In this document: in pieces, positions 1 to 10,109 of the stretch | Layout of the letters: each line of letters opens with the position of its first letter | Numbering within the stretch: the stretch's first letter is position 1 | From: Spirogloea muscicola | Taxonomy: Eukaryota | NCBI GenBank assembly: GCA_009602725.1 | Contig: WELB01000001.1 | Coordinates: 690,411 to 710,410 of the forward strand | Direction of reading: 5' to 3' | Length of the DNA stretch: 20,000 nt | Made by a program: the position numbers and the translations under genes | Notes under the pieces: model-generated | The model's database searches: none | The model's input: the letters and a program-made list of their open reading frames with translations, nothing else | What the model was told of the DNA's origin: nothing

Positions 1-394
1 TCCATGCACCGATACACCCTCCCGCTGGGCGTTGGCCTGCATGAGAAAGCGCGGCCAGATTGACTGCATGAGGAGCTGCCATTGCTCCTGCTGCTCCTCC
101 CTTCTGTCAGTCGGTCGCATTTGGCACCATTCTAGTAACCAGACTTGACTGATCAGGGACACAGAGAAGTACATAAATTCCATATCCCTCATGGCCGTGG
201 AGCCTGTCGGCCACTTGCTGCTTTGGAGAATTGCATTTAAAAAAGAGTGAAGCAATGCAAAGCTTAGGCAAGGATCTGCACAAGCAACTCGACACCAGCC
301 ATCCGTTGAAGAGTTTGCGCGATTAGAACCATGCCTATTTCCTATAAAAGAATCAGCTCTTGTTTATACAGCAGTCATGTGGGCCGCTAAGTGG

Positions 395-3300
395 TTATGA
401 GAGGAGCTCTGCAGATATCTCGATTGAGGGGCTAATAAGGTCATCTCTACTCTGAACGAGCTGAAGTTCCAGGTGCTTAGAACTGGACATGGTTCCTGAC
501 ACGTGATACTCATTCAGTGTCCTTTTCAACACACACTGCATTACAACAACCAAGATGATAAGAGGAGAGGGCATTGCTTGTGTCAAGAATCTCGTCTCAG
601 TGACATTCTATCCCCATGGCACAACCTACACATGCATTCACCAACCTTGTGGAGCCAACCTATCGGAGCAAGAACAGGCCCCAGCTCACGAGATGCCTTT
701 CTCTAAGACCACACAATAGAACAGGCCCCAGCTCACGAGATGCCTTTTTCTAAGACCACACAATAAAAGTCCTTCATCCTTGGACGCAGAGTCTCTACTT
801 TTCTGAAGACGTTCAGATTTGTTTGATGTATGACAAGAGAGCCATCCCTACCTGCAAGGATGCTACCGACAACTCTGCTGCCTTTGCCAAGTCATTCGGA
901 TATTTCTGCAGAAAAAGTCCTGGCATGGTGACGTCAGCTGGCTATTTCAAACGTAGTAGTCATTATCAAATAGGGCCGGGTGACGCGCTCGCCCATATTT
1001 TCATTCAGCTCCAAGTGATTGCATCTCTATATTTAAGGACTCACAAAGCTCCAGCCGAGTAGCAAAGCTGTCAAAAGATCGCCAGTGCCCTGCAAGTACA
1101 GAAGACAAGAAGCAGAAGCAAAGGCTGGCCGCTTTACAGTTCTGTAAGGTCAAATGCTTAGCAATTGCAAATACATTCTGCCAAGAGTGACTGTTGGCAC
1201 ATTCGTATTGCTATGGCTTTACAACTACCGTGAAGTGGGCTTGCAACTTTGGAATCTGAATACGGAATTGTATTGGAGGTTTGCCCTGCACATAAGGATC
1301 AACAAAACGTTCGGATATTAATGGTACAATTACATGTGCTAGTATCACCACAATCAGAGGGCAAGGCACACAAATACACTAGCATAGAAAGCTGCCGTGC
1401 TACAGATACATACAGACTCTATAAGCGCGTATGCATGAATAAATGACAGCTGTAAGAGATGTTTGCAACCTTCTGCTCATTGTGGCTCCCTACTAACACC
1501 AAGGTTTGCTTCAATTCGAAACCAGTTATGATCACCTGCCATCGCATAGTACTCAATGACTATGAGAGATATTGGTATGATGTTTCAAAGGCCGCCCTCA
1601 TGCTTGACTGTCGTGTCAAACTGGTATGGTAAGGAGGGCCACGCAATGGATGTCTAAGCTAGATCTGGACCTGAGAATGAAAGTGTATCCTCTTCCAGCA
1701 AGCTCAAAGCCAGCTGGTATGAGAAAAGTATACCTTGGAAGGGCCCATAGCATGAAGTTGATGACACGCAGCCAAAGCCTCACTCTCAGTGTTGATACTG
1801 ACACCTCCAAACAAACAAGCACAGATGTCTCCCACCTAAGATCCCCTTCCATGAGACCGCAATGTTCAGTCTCTAACTTTTACCAGCTGCAGTGTATATA
1901 TACGCTCTAATACCACCAGCTGCAGTGTAGATATACGCCTTATGCCACATGCAGACCCCATTTGACGACAAACAATGTGCAGCAGACCTGTATTGAATCC
2001 CACTGACTGGTACTCATTTATGACAATGACTTGCGCAGATCACTCTTTGTGGCCATGGCAGCCATTTGAAAATTCGTGATGAAGATAAACAAGGGAAGTA
2101 CCTGAGGCCTGTAAGTTGCTCCGCCTCGAATTGATTTGGTGTCAGGAGGCTAGCAAGTGGAGCAACCTGTCAGTGAGGCAATGGTCACCTCTCTGTTATT
2201 CTGGACTCAAAGCATTTGCCCCACCAGCCGCAGCTATTACCTGGGATACTCCTTAAGCACAGTGGTACCTCGCAAAATACATGTCTGCTTATTCATGTGT
2301 ACTCATGCAAGTCTGACAACAAATATTTCGCGTGGACAATTAGTGGTTCACTTACTCACTCCAAAGCTGCTTCTGACTACTGTTTGACCTCCCCATTACC
2401 TTTTCCCGGTAGATTGGGACAAGCTCAGGTCTGATGTAGAGCTTCCCATTATCACCCATCACAGGATCACAAACTGCAGAGCAGAGCAACCTCCTTAAGA
2501 ATTGTACCAATGCTCAAATCCCTGTCCATCATAGGCCTGCAGCCTGATGATCTTCCTCAGCACAGTATAGAATTTTTTCTGAGAGCAGCAATAAGTGAAC
2601 ATGTATAGCAGGCTATGTCTGGCAGATGACCTACCATATGTCAGATCTGGGTTAACCTGACGAAGCTTCGTCAAAACTCGTAGAACAGTTTCAAGAAAAG
2701 ATAAAGAACCAATGTAGCCTGCACCACACAAAGTCACCACCAAATTAACATCTCAATGTGTCATACTTACTGCAAGCTGTCTTCAGTCATCATTGACTTC
2801 CATTATGAATGTCATGCTGCCATGTCCTACTGATAACGAAGGATTGGTCTGATGTGGGACGCCGCTGGCAAGAGAGGTAAGAACAGAATAATAAGCACAC
2901 CTCACACGGCTGGAGGGAGAGGTAAGAACAAACTAGTAAGCACACCTGTCAGTAGATGAGTATAGTGGAGAAGATTGTTGGCTTCCAGTCCTTCAATGAG
3001 AGACCACAGCTGTTCACCATTTAAGACATCACCCCTCCATGTGGGATAACCTACATACACGACTTCAAGTAGTGTGTCAGAGCTTGATAGTCGCTGATAG
3101 CCTCCATCCATGCTTTTCAAGTGCAGGAGCTAATGTGCATATTGCATGTGCTCCACCTCACCTGTGTGATTGGAGAATTGGACCGAGTTGATTGGATCAA
3201 CATCGAATCCCAGAAGTTGCAGAGGAAATACAGCTGCCTTGTTGCCAACATAGCCCTATTGTCTCTCCAAGAATCATCAGACCAGTACTTCAGCATATCG

Positions 3301-3538
3301 GGCACATGTAAGTCTCATTGTGGCCATTCAGAACTTGAAGTCGCACCAGCTTCACCTTATTGCGAAAGCAACACTGCTGAAGCACTCAAATGAACTCATA
3401 GTAACTGTGCAGATCATAAATGCTACCATATTCTTCAGAGCTGTGCCACTCGACTTTTCAGTTGACCTGAACAGTGTGTGATTGTATGCTGAGGACCCGG
3501 CCTGCTTCAGGAAGAACTGCAGACAATGGGGGTGCCAT
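395..3538 (-). CDS. PDXK: Pyridoxal kinase (vitamin B6 salvage; plant SOS4 type), 12 exons, ~306 aa
   Basis: Hand-spliced exons, all GT-AG with consistent phases: 3538-3467, 3255-3162, 3050-2946, 2718-2635, 2473-2400, 2166-2102, 1797-1734, 1535-1470, 1285-1229, 1089-1045, 905-852, 535-395 (921 nt, TAA stop). Translation contains [66 protein letters not shown] and [14 protein letters not shown], which are diagnostic pyridoxal kinase motifs. Confidence 0.96.
671..764. repeat. 47-bp tandem duplication in last PdxK intron
   Basis: agaacaggccccagctcacgagatgccttt(c/t)tctaagaccacacaat at 671-717 and 718-764, one mismatch. Confidence 0.95.
1882..1938. repeat. 24-bp direct repeat (33-bp period) in PdxK intron 6
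   Basis: accagctgcagtgta(t/g)atatacgc at 1882-1905 and 1915-1938. Confidence 0.9.
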
Positions 3539-3833
3539 GGAACACCGGGCTGCGGGGCTTCTTGCGCCGCGGATCGGGTCGAACAGCTGCGGCCTGAGAC
3601 AGCCACCAGCAGCTGTCCACAGAGATCTTGAAGCTGAGGGGTTCTCGGGCTGCAGGACAGGACACCTTCGAAGCCCACGGGGGGCTTGCCGGCGACTTTC
3701 GCCTAGGCAATCCAAGTGCCAGACCGCCGTGGCTACTCGGAGCGGTGAGCGGTGCATGCTCATGGGCGGGCCGCCGCAGCGGCGGGCCCGTGAGCGATCC
3801 GCCAGGCTGCCATGGCCGTCGCCAGCGGAGGCT

Positions 3834-3865
3834 GCGTGTGAGCCAGACGGCGTGTGAGCCAGACG
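3834..3865. repeat. Perfect 16-bp tandem duplication upstream of PdxK
   Basis: gcgtgtgagccagacg at 3834-3849 and 3850-3865. Confidence 0.95.
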
Positions 3866-3947
3866 AGAGCGCTTGAGGCGGCTTCCGGCCCTCAAACCTC
3901 GTTCAACCCTTTTGAGAGAGCCACTCTCTTTCTTTTGCAAAAGGATT

Positions 3948-3975
3948 GCAAAAGGATTGAGTTCAATCCTTTTGC
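3948..3975. repeat. Perfect 13-bp inverted repeat with 2-nt spacer
   Basis: GCAAAAGGATTGA-gt-TCAATCCTTTTGC. It is preceded by an extra GCAAAAGGATT (3937-3947), and a related half-site lies at 3901-3914. Confidence 0.9.
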
Positions 3976-4009
3976 TAGCCGGCCCTTTCAGATCTTGTAC
4001 CACTCCTTT

Positions 4010-4700
4010 TGTAACGATTTTTACATGGCTGGAATGTCAATGCAGCAGTAATGTATTGACAGATGCCTGGAGACTAGACACCTCATCCGGCTGATACATA
4101 AGTTGACTGTCAGTGCCGCAGGAAAGGCTTGACAGATGCCTGGAGACGGACATTCACCAGGCTGGGCAGCGTGATTTCAACCTAGAGCTGAGAGCGGCGC
4201 AACCCGGAGTCGTGACGCGCGAGACAGCATGGTGCTGGCGCTGGAACGGCGACGGGAGGCGGCAGCGCTGTAGACTGCCCTGACGGCGTTGTTAGCCATT
4301 AGTGTTGACGGGAACGATAGGCGGGTCACGATAGCCTGGGGGTAGTGACCGTCAGCTGCTAGTGACGGAGGACCGTCAGTATGGCGGTGGTGGCTGATGG
4401 ATGGGTAGATTGTAGCCCGTTGATAGCCGTCGACAGATCGTGGACGGGTCGTTGACGCTAGACTGGGTGCCAGTTATCTTACCCGGGCCCTTGTGGCCGG
4501 GCTCGCAGTCTGTCGGGCTATATAGGGGGCACCCGAGATGGGAGAGGGGGTGTGTTCTTCACCCAACCTCAGACCCCTGGACCCTTGCTCCTGCAGTATC
4601 CGTTGCTCAATTTTACCGTTGCAGCCCCATTTCAATGCCTTCCCCGCTTTTCCTTGCGCCGCCGGCAGCCCGGGCTTGGCGATCCACAGCATTCTTTACA
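4010..4700. mobile_element. Solo LTR of an LTR retrotransposon (691 bp)
   Basis: Begins TGTAA (4010) and ends TTACA (4696-4700). Flanked by an identical 5-bp TSD, CCTTT, at 4005-4009 and 4701-4705. Internal TATATA at 4519-4524, internal direct repeat tgacagatgcctggagac (~4057, ~4130), and no gag/pol sequence adjacent. Confidence 0.85.
4213..4524 (+). promoter_or_regulatory. Putative LTR U3 enhancer/promoter: seven TGACG/CGTCA motifs followed by a TATA box
   Basis: TGACG at 4213, 4281, 4306, 4363, 4453; CGTCA at 4350, 4374; TATATA at 4519-4524. Orientation is inferred from the motif cluster lying 5' of the TATA on the plus strand. Confidence 0.5.
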
Positions 4701-4705
4701 CCTTT

Positions 4706-4779
4706 GGGCTGGCCTCTCACAGCCATTGCCGTAAAATGGAAGGCTTTTACTCTAGGGCTGGCCTCTCGCTGCCATTGCC
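4706..4779. repeat. 25-bp direct repeat, 49-bp period, right of the solo LTR
   Basis: gggctggcctctc(a/g)c(a/t)gccattgcc at 4706-4730 and 4755-4779. Confidence 0.85.
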
Positions 4780-5098
4780 TTCACATTGCCCCTCTTCTCT
4801 TTGGTGATAGCTTCACGGCAGCTAGTCTGTCGGATCTGAGGCTCCTCACTCGTAATTACTGAGTGATCCATCCTCCCCCTGTTTTTCGCATCGCATCCTC
4901 AGGCCCCTTTGTAGCTGCTCAACGCTCTTAGGCCCCTTCGAACCTTTGTCAATTCTTTTGGGCTGGCTTATCGCAGCCCTTGCCCCCATTGGGAGTACCA
5001 CTTCTATCTCTCCTTTCTACATATTTAGATGTGCTTGCTTGCCTTTGTACTTGGCCATTGGCCTATGTTTGCTTCAAATAGACGAAATTTTCTTTCTA

Positions 5099-5121
5099 CA
5101 GTCAAACCTTGTTATAGGCAC
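5099..5121 (+). repeat. Left terminal inverted repeat of pogo element
   Basis: CAGTCAAACCTTGTTATAGGCAC preceded by TA. Confidence 0.96.
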
Positions 5122-5897
5122 GTCGGCCGGTTTGGCGAAAATGTGTGACTATATGGAGAGGTTCTTGTGTCCTTGTAGAGGCACTATTGCCCCCAAATGT
5201 GCCTATACAGTGACAATCAGCAAATATACAATATTATATTGGAAAAATGGCGAATGAGCAAAGCTCAGGTGGCAACGTGGTTGCAAGCATCATTCTCTTG
5301 GCACCACAATCGCCTACATGGGCATCCACTTCTACCACAAAGAGACACCAAACGCAGGCAATGGTGGCAACCACTCTCAAGGTGGCCATGGGGGCGAAGG
5401 AGGGGAAGTCGCTCGAGAAACACGGCAATCGAGATGGCAATTCACTTGTGAGCAAGTACAAAAGACACATTGTGATGGAGCCAGCACCTAGAATGAGCGG
5501 CTACCATCGCTCATCGCGCCCTCAATGCAACGATGCAAGATCGCAGGACACCGATAGGAGGTGGACTGTAAGCTCGCATACAAGTGTAGGCAGGCTGACT
5601 AGTAATATCAAGGGTGATGTAAGGACGCATTAGATGGGACCGCAAGTCGACGGGGTTGGCTAAGACAAGCAAAGTGCGATGTGGGCTACATTGAGGACCA
5701 GCCTCGGCAAGGGCACATATGGCCCGAGCATGCATAGGTGCCTTGCTTGCACATAAGAGGGCAAGCAAGCGCACCTGAAAGTAGGAGGAAGCGAGGGAGT
5801 GCACATTTTAGCTCTACCTAGCCTCAAGACGTGCTCGATATTGGTGAGCCTTGCGAGCTCAATGGAAAAATGAAGACCAGCGAGCTCTGATGCGCTC

Positions 5898-8176
5898 CTA
5901 CTCGTCGTGCATGTTGTTGGAGGCCATGTAGTCCTCGATTGTTGTTTGTTTCTTCTTCCTCAGAGCATAGTTTGTCACAGAGCTCCTCCATCATTCGCAC
6001 GTAAGAAGAGCTTGTGGACCGAAAAAGTGCAGTTCTTGCGCGAGGTAGTGAGAGAAACACCTCAGATGGTCACTGGCTTCCGCATGAGTCATCCTCGGTG
6101 GTGGGAGGTCGGCGGGGATTTCTTCTTCGACGATTGTCACTGGGGGCATCACTTCAGCTATGATGTCCTCATCCGTCATTGGAGACTCCACCTATTAAGA
6201 CCGTCAATAGAAGATGTAAGTACCGTCCACAATGCACTTAGATGAACAACGCCACACACAAGACAAGTAGTACGATAAATGTACCCACCTGATTTTCTCC
6301 TGGCAAATCGATGTATTCAGAAGCCGTGAGGGCGTCCGGGCCAAGCTGTAGGCTGTCAATTGCTTCTTGTAAGACACGCATATCGAATATGTCTTCTTCT
6401 GACCCAGCGTTGTGGGCGTCAGCAAGCATGCTTGCATAGACGGCCCAGTTAGGCAAGTTGGGCAGGATGCCACTTTTGCGCCAACAATTGGCAATGACAT
6501 GTGTCGGGATGTCATGCCAAATTCTCCACGTCCACATCATGGCCTACATTCAAAGTAGACATCACATTATTTCATTGTTCATCCTGATGGTACAAGAGCA
6601 AGCTCAGACGAAGCAAGAGTAGATGCTTACCTCGTAAATATTGTGCTTCTTCTTGTCGAGCAAGGTGTTGAGCAAGGGATCAGTGGTCAAGGTGGGGCTG
6701 CTCCGCACCACCTCGTCAAGGCACCCAACCTCCCATGACACTAGCGCACTCTTGTATCTACTCTTGAATGACGCGATGATGCCTGCGTCTAAAGGCTGTA
6801 CTTTGCTTGTTGTGTTGGCAGGGAGGAACACAATCGTGAGGTTTGATAGGCGCGCGGCCCTAAATCCATGCAAGTCAATCATCTCCAACTCGAGGGTGTG
6901 GCTTCCAGCGTTGTCCACAAATAGAAGGACGTTTCGCTGACGTTCTGCCACTTCCGAATTCATGTGACGCAGCCACTCTCTGAATATCTGCATGGACACA
7001 TCGTCACTTGTAAGTGCGCATGACAACAGGCTGGACTGGAGTGCGCACTTCAAGGTGCCAAATGATCGACAGCATGAATCACTTTCGATTGAATCACAGG
7101 GATGAATACTCACTTGCCCTGTCATCCAGGCTGATGCATTGTGCCGATAGAAGAGTAGCAAATCCGGGTCAAAGCCAGGAGGAAAACTCCTGGGTCGCTT
7201 CGCCTTCGTAATCATAACAGGCTTCAGACGGTCATTCCCAGTCAAATTGGTACAAAAACCAATTGTGAATCTCTCCTTCTCTACCTTGGTACCTTGGACC
7301 GGTACCTTGGACCGGTCCTGCACAACGTCCAGGTACATGTATGCCGATGTTAGAATTACCTCAAGAGTTTTCTTTAGCAATCCAATATCAGCTATATCCA
7401 TTGCCATTCCAATTATTGAGCAAGTGCAGTCACCGACCTGTTGCATTGCATCTGGAAGGCTTGGCCCTCCAGAAATGACCAGTCTCATCAAAATTGTATA
7501 CGTCGTCGGGGCTATAGCCACCTTCCTCGATAATCTTCGGTACAACCAGCCGAGCTAGGTTAACACCAGCTTCATCAGCCGATGCAGCCTCCCCGTGGAT
7601 GGCATGCACCTTGATGCCGTATCTCGTCTTGAAGCCACACAACCATCCTCTCGACCCCTTGAAATCTGCAATACCAAGCTTCTCTGCAAAGTGGCTGGCC
7701 ATGACGACCAGTTGGTCGTCGGTAATATGTTGTGCCGTTTTAGTTTTCTGCAATCAAGACAACATACAGTACTCAAGTCAACCGAACACATTCCAAGCAT
7801 GTGCATCCCAAAACCGACGACGTATCAAAATGCTATGCACAGATTCCATGGTGGGCATTAGCATGCACCAAGCCACAAAGGGGAGGAAACTACATACATC
7901 TTGAAACCATAAAAAAGTGGCTTTCTCAACATCCTTCCACTTCGGATTTCGTTGCCGCATTTGGTCTTGGGTTGTCGTAGGCATTGTCATCCACTTGTGC
8001 TCATCACGAAGAACTTTGCAAACATTGGTGCGACTGACTTGTTTTCTAAGGTTTTTCGTTGCCTCTCTGGCAATCTCCTTTCGGCTAAATGAAGGATTGA
8101 GACGTTTCAGTTCACATATGTGTTTTCTGTCTTGGTTCGAGAAACCGACCCTAGTGTTCTTTTTCACTGTGGCCAT
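5898..8176 (-). pseudogene. Pogo-family transposase (CENP-B-type HTHs + DDE_1, DD41D), 6 coding exons, disrupted; ~561 aa when repaired
   Basis: Exons 8176-7898, 7747-7438, 7317-7114, 6987-6631, 6543-6289, 6191-5898, plus a probable 5'UTR intron 8493-8187. Motifs: FKGSRGWLCGFKTRYG, VYNFDETG, KERFT, AWMT, LLFVDNAGSH, FLPANTTSKVQPLDAGII, IANCWRKSGI. Lesions: 13-bp tandem duplication at 7291-7316 (frameshift) and in-frame TGA at 5993-5991, 31 codons before the likely natural TAG (5900-5898). Confidence 0.9.
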
Positions 8177-9122
8177 GTTTACATTCCTGCAAGAAGACGC
8201 GAACGTGCATACCCTTGACATCAGGATTCGCATGTCTACGTGGCACTGTGCGGCCATAGCCTTAAGGAGGAAGCCCTTGGGAGATGCATAAGTAGGTCAA
8301 GCAAGCTCGGAAGGCTGCAAGGAAGAGTTGTCTCAAGCAACGTATGCCATTCAAAGGTGACTAACACAATGCAATGAGGCGAGAGTGCTCAAGACTATCG
8401 TGGTTGTGTACGGCATGCGCAGGCCGTGCCCTCACAGCAGCAAGTGCGAGCAACCAAGAATTCGAAGCCATGACTATTGGAGGAGAAGCTTACACCAAGG
8501 ATAAGTCGCGCGTGGAGGGCCCCTCCAACTAGAGGTTGCTGCTTGCCGCGGTTGCCGCTTGCTGCCGCAGGCGCCGCGAGCGCAGGTGGCGGTGGCAGGA
8601 GGCGCAGGCGAAGGCGGTGGCGCCAAAGCCTCGCCTCGCTTCGAGGCCGACGAGGAGGCAGCTTCCGTGCGCCGTGTGTTTCCTGTGGGCCGACGAGGCT
8701 CGTTCCGCGACGAAGACGAAGCCGCCAACGACCGCCTGGAAGCGGCGCTAGCGGCGAGCAGCGGTCTCAACGAGGGCCTCGTGACGCCGTGGCTTGGAGA
8801 AGGGTGGGGGCCGTCTGGGAGACATGGAGACTGGTGGGGGCCGTCGGGGAGACGGTAATGAGCCGCTCTGCGCTGGCTTTTGAAGGCAGTAAAGCCCCAA
8901 ACCCTCGCGCCCGGTTCATGAACACCCGGCCTGTAGAGAATATAGGAAATATGTGAATTTGTTTTCTATAGGCACTTCTAGTGGGGAAATCTGCGCCGGA
9001 AAACTGTGCCTGTACATACAGGCACGTTCCCTATATCGAGTCACATTTGCCTGGGAAAGAAAGTGCTTCCCGCAAAATGGTGCCAATATCGAGGTTTTGC
9101 CCTTATGTGCCTATATCGAGAG

Positions 9123-9145
9123 GTGCCTATAACAAGGTTTGACTG
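9123..9145 (-). repeat. Right terminal inverted repeat of pogo element
   Basis: GTGCCTATAACAAGGTTTGACTG followed by TA; exact reverse complement of the left TIR. Confidence 0.96.
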
Positions 9146-10109
9146 TACAGTATGGGCGAGTTCTTCTTTTCTACATTGGACGAGCTACTCCCATGTTGCT
9201 CGTGGGGGCCCGGGAGCTGGCCACTTGAAACACATGCGGCCGACAGCGCCACGTCTCGCTGCAGGCGCAATAGATGGGCAATTCAGTCTCCTGGCCGTGG
9301 CGGCTGCGCGCCGGCTGAAATGGGCCTGCTAACGGCCTTAATCGCGTCCGCGGACCGGTCACCGGGATCCGGCCGCAGTTAGCCGACAGAAACCCACTGT
9401 TTTCAGCGGCATGGCGGGAACTCGAGATTTCGAGGTCCACCACGCCTTGCGCCGCATCCCCCCCCGCCTCCCGCCGCGCACGCTGTGGCTTTCAGGCGCA
9501 GGCCGGGCACCCTTGCGGCCTCGGCGGCGCCCGTCGCCTGCCTGTAACGAAGGATCCGGAGCAGCCGCTCTGGCCAGCTGCGCTCCCGGAGGATGTTGTG
9601 AGGACCTCCCGAGACAGAGCTGCCTGCATTCAGAATGACATTGCCCTGGAATGGCAAGGTCCCCGCCCTGCTCCGCCTCTCTCGTGGCTGCCCGGAGCTC
9701 AGATATCAAGCAGAGTGACAGTCCCTCACTTGCATGGCGTCGTGCAGTGAGATTGCTGAACTGGAGGTCAGGGAGTCAAGTCAAGTAGGACAATGTCACA
9801 GAAAGCCAGAATGTTTTGAATCGGACGGCGTCGATACAGTCTCCCCTGTCAAGTTTCGTCGTCTGACAAAGACCTAGCCGTTCTCTATCAATATTTCAGC
9901 TACTAGAGGCCAAAGAAGGCAGAGGAGCGGTTGTGCTTGATGAGTCTGACGCGAGGAGCCAGCTACATCAATATTGTTGAAGTAAGACTTGCACTGTTTG
10001 TTCTTCTAGCATGAGCTTGTAGATGGTTAGTCATGTACACTGTTCTTACTTTACCAGCAGCCAGGCCAATTTCTGACACAATGTCCCGCTCAAGCGGCAG
10101 TTCGGCAGG

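Larger units (their letters stand above)
5099..9145 (-). mobile_element. Full-length pogo/Tigger-family (IS630-Tc1-mariner group) DNA transposon, 4047 bp
   Basis: Perfect 23-bp TIRs CAGTCAAACCTTGTTATAGGCAC (5099-5121; reverse complement 9123-9145). TA TSD at 5097-5098 and 9146-9147. CAGT terminus is typical of pogo. Subterminal copies of a GTGCCTATA-like motif and an internal CENP-B-HTH/DDE_1 transposase are present. Confidence 0.96.

Noticed and set aside
1..105. Possible start of another minus-strand gene (caATGGCA at 82; MAAPHAVNLAALSHAG...)
   Set aside because: Only ~27 codons are visible, no homology is recognised, and it is very close to the PdxK 3' end. Cannot be supported within this window.
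5247..5633. 128-aa plus-strand ORF in the 3' part of the transposon as a second cargo gene
   Set aside because: No motif or homology recognised, and it is antisense to the transposase 3' region.
5898..8176. Domesticated CENP-B/TIGD-like host gene
   Set aside because: Bounded by perfect TIRs and a TA duplication and carrying disabling lesions, which is typical of a mobile copy.
8474..8956. GC-rich overlapping ORFs inside the pogo element as a captured gene or coding first exon
   Set aside because: No recognisable domain. The frame that would splice into the transposase has a TAG shortly upstream of the donor. The openness is explained by high GC.
9411..9981. ORF 9411-9638 (MAGTRDFEV...) as the coding first exon / transit peptide of RNase HII
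   Set aside because: The frame has stops at 9636, 9786, ~9864 and 9978. Donor 9982 gives no in-frame join to the acceptors at 10057-10064, and a TGA at 10074 precedes ATG 10110. More likely 5'UTR/uORF, though a decayed extension cannot be excluded.
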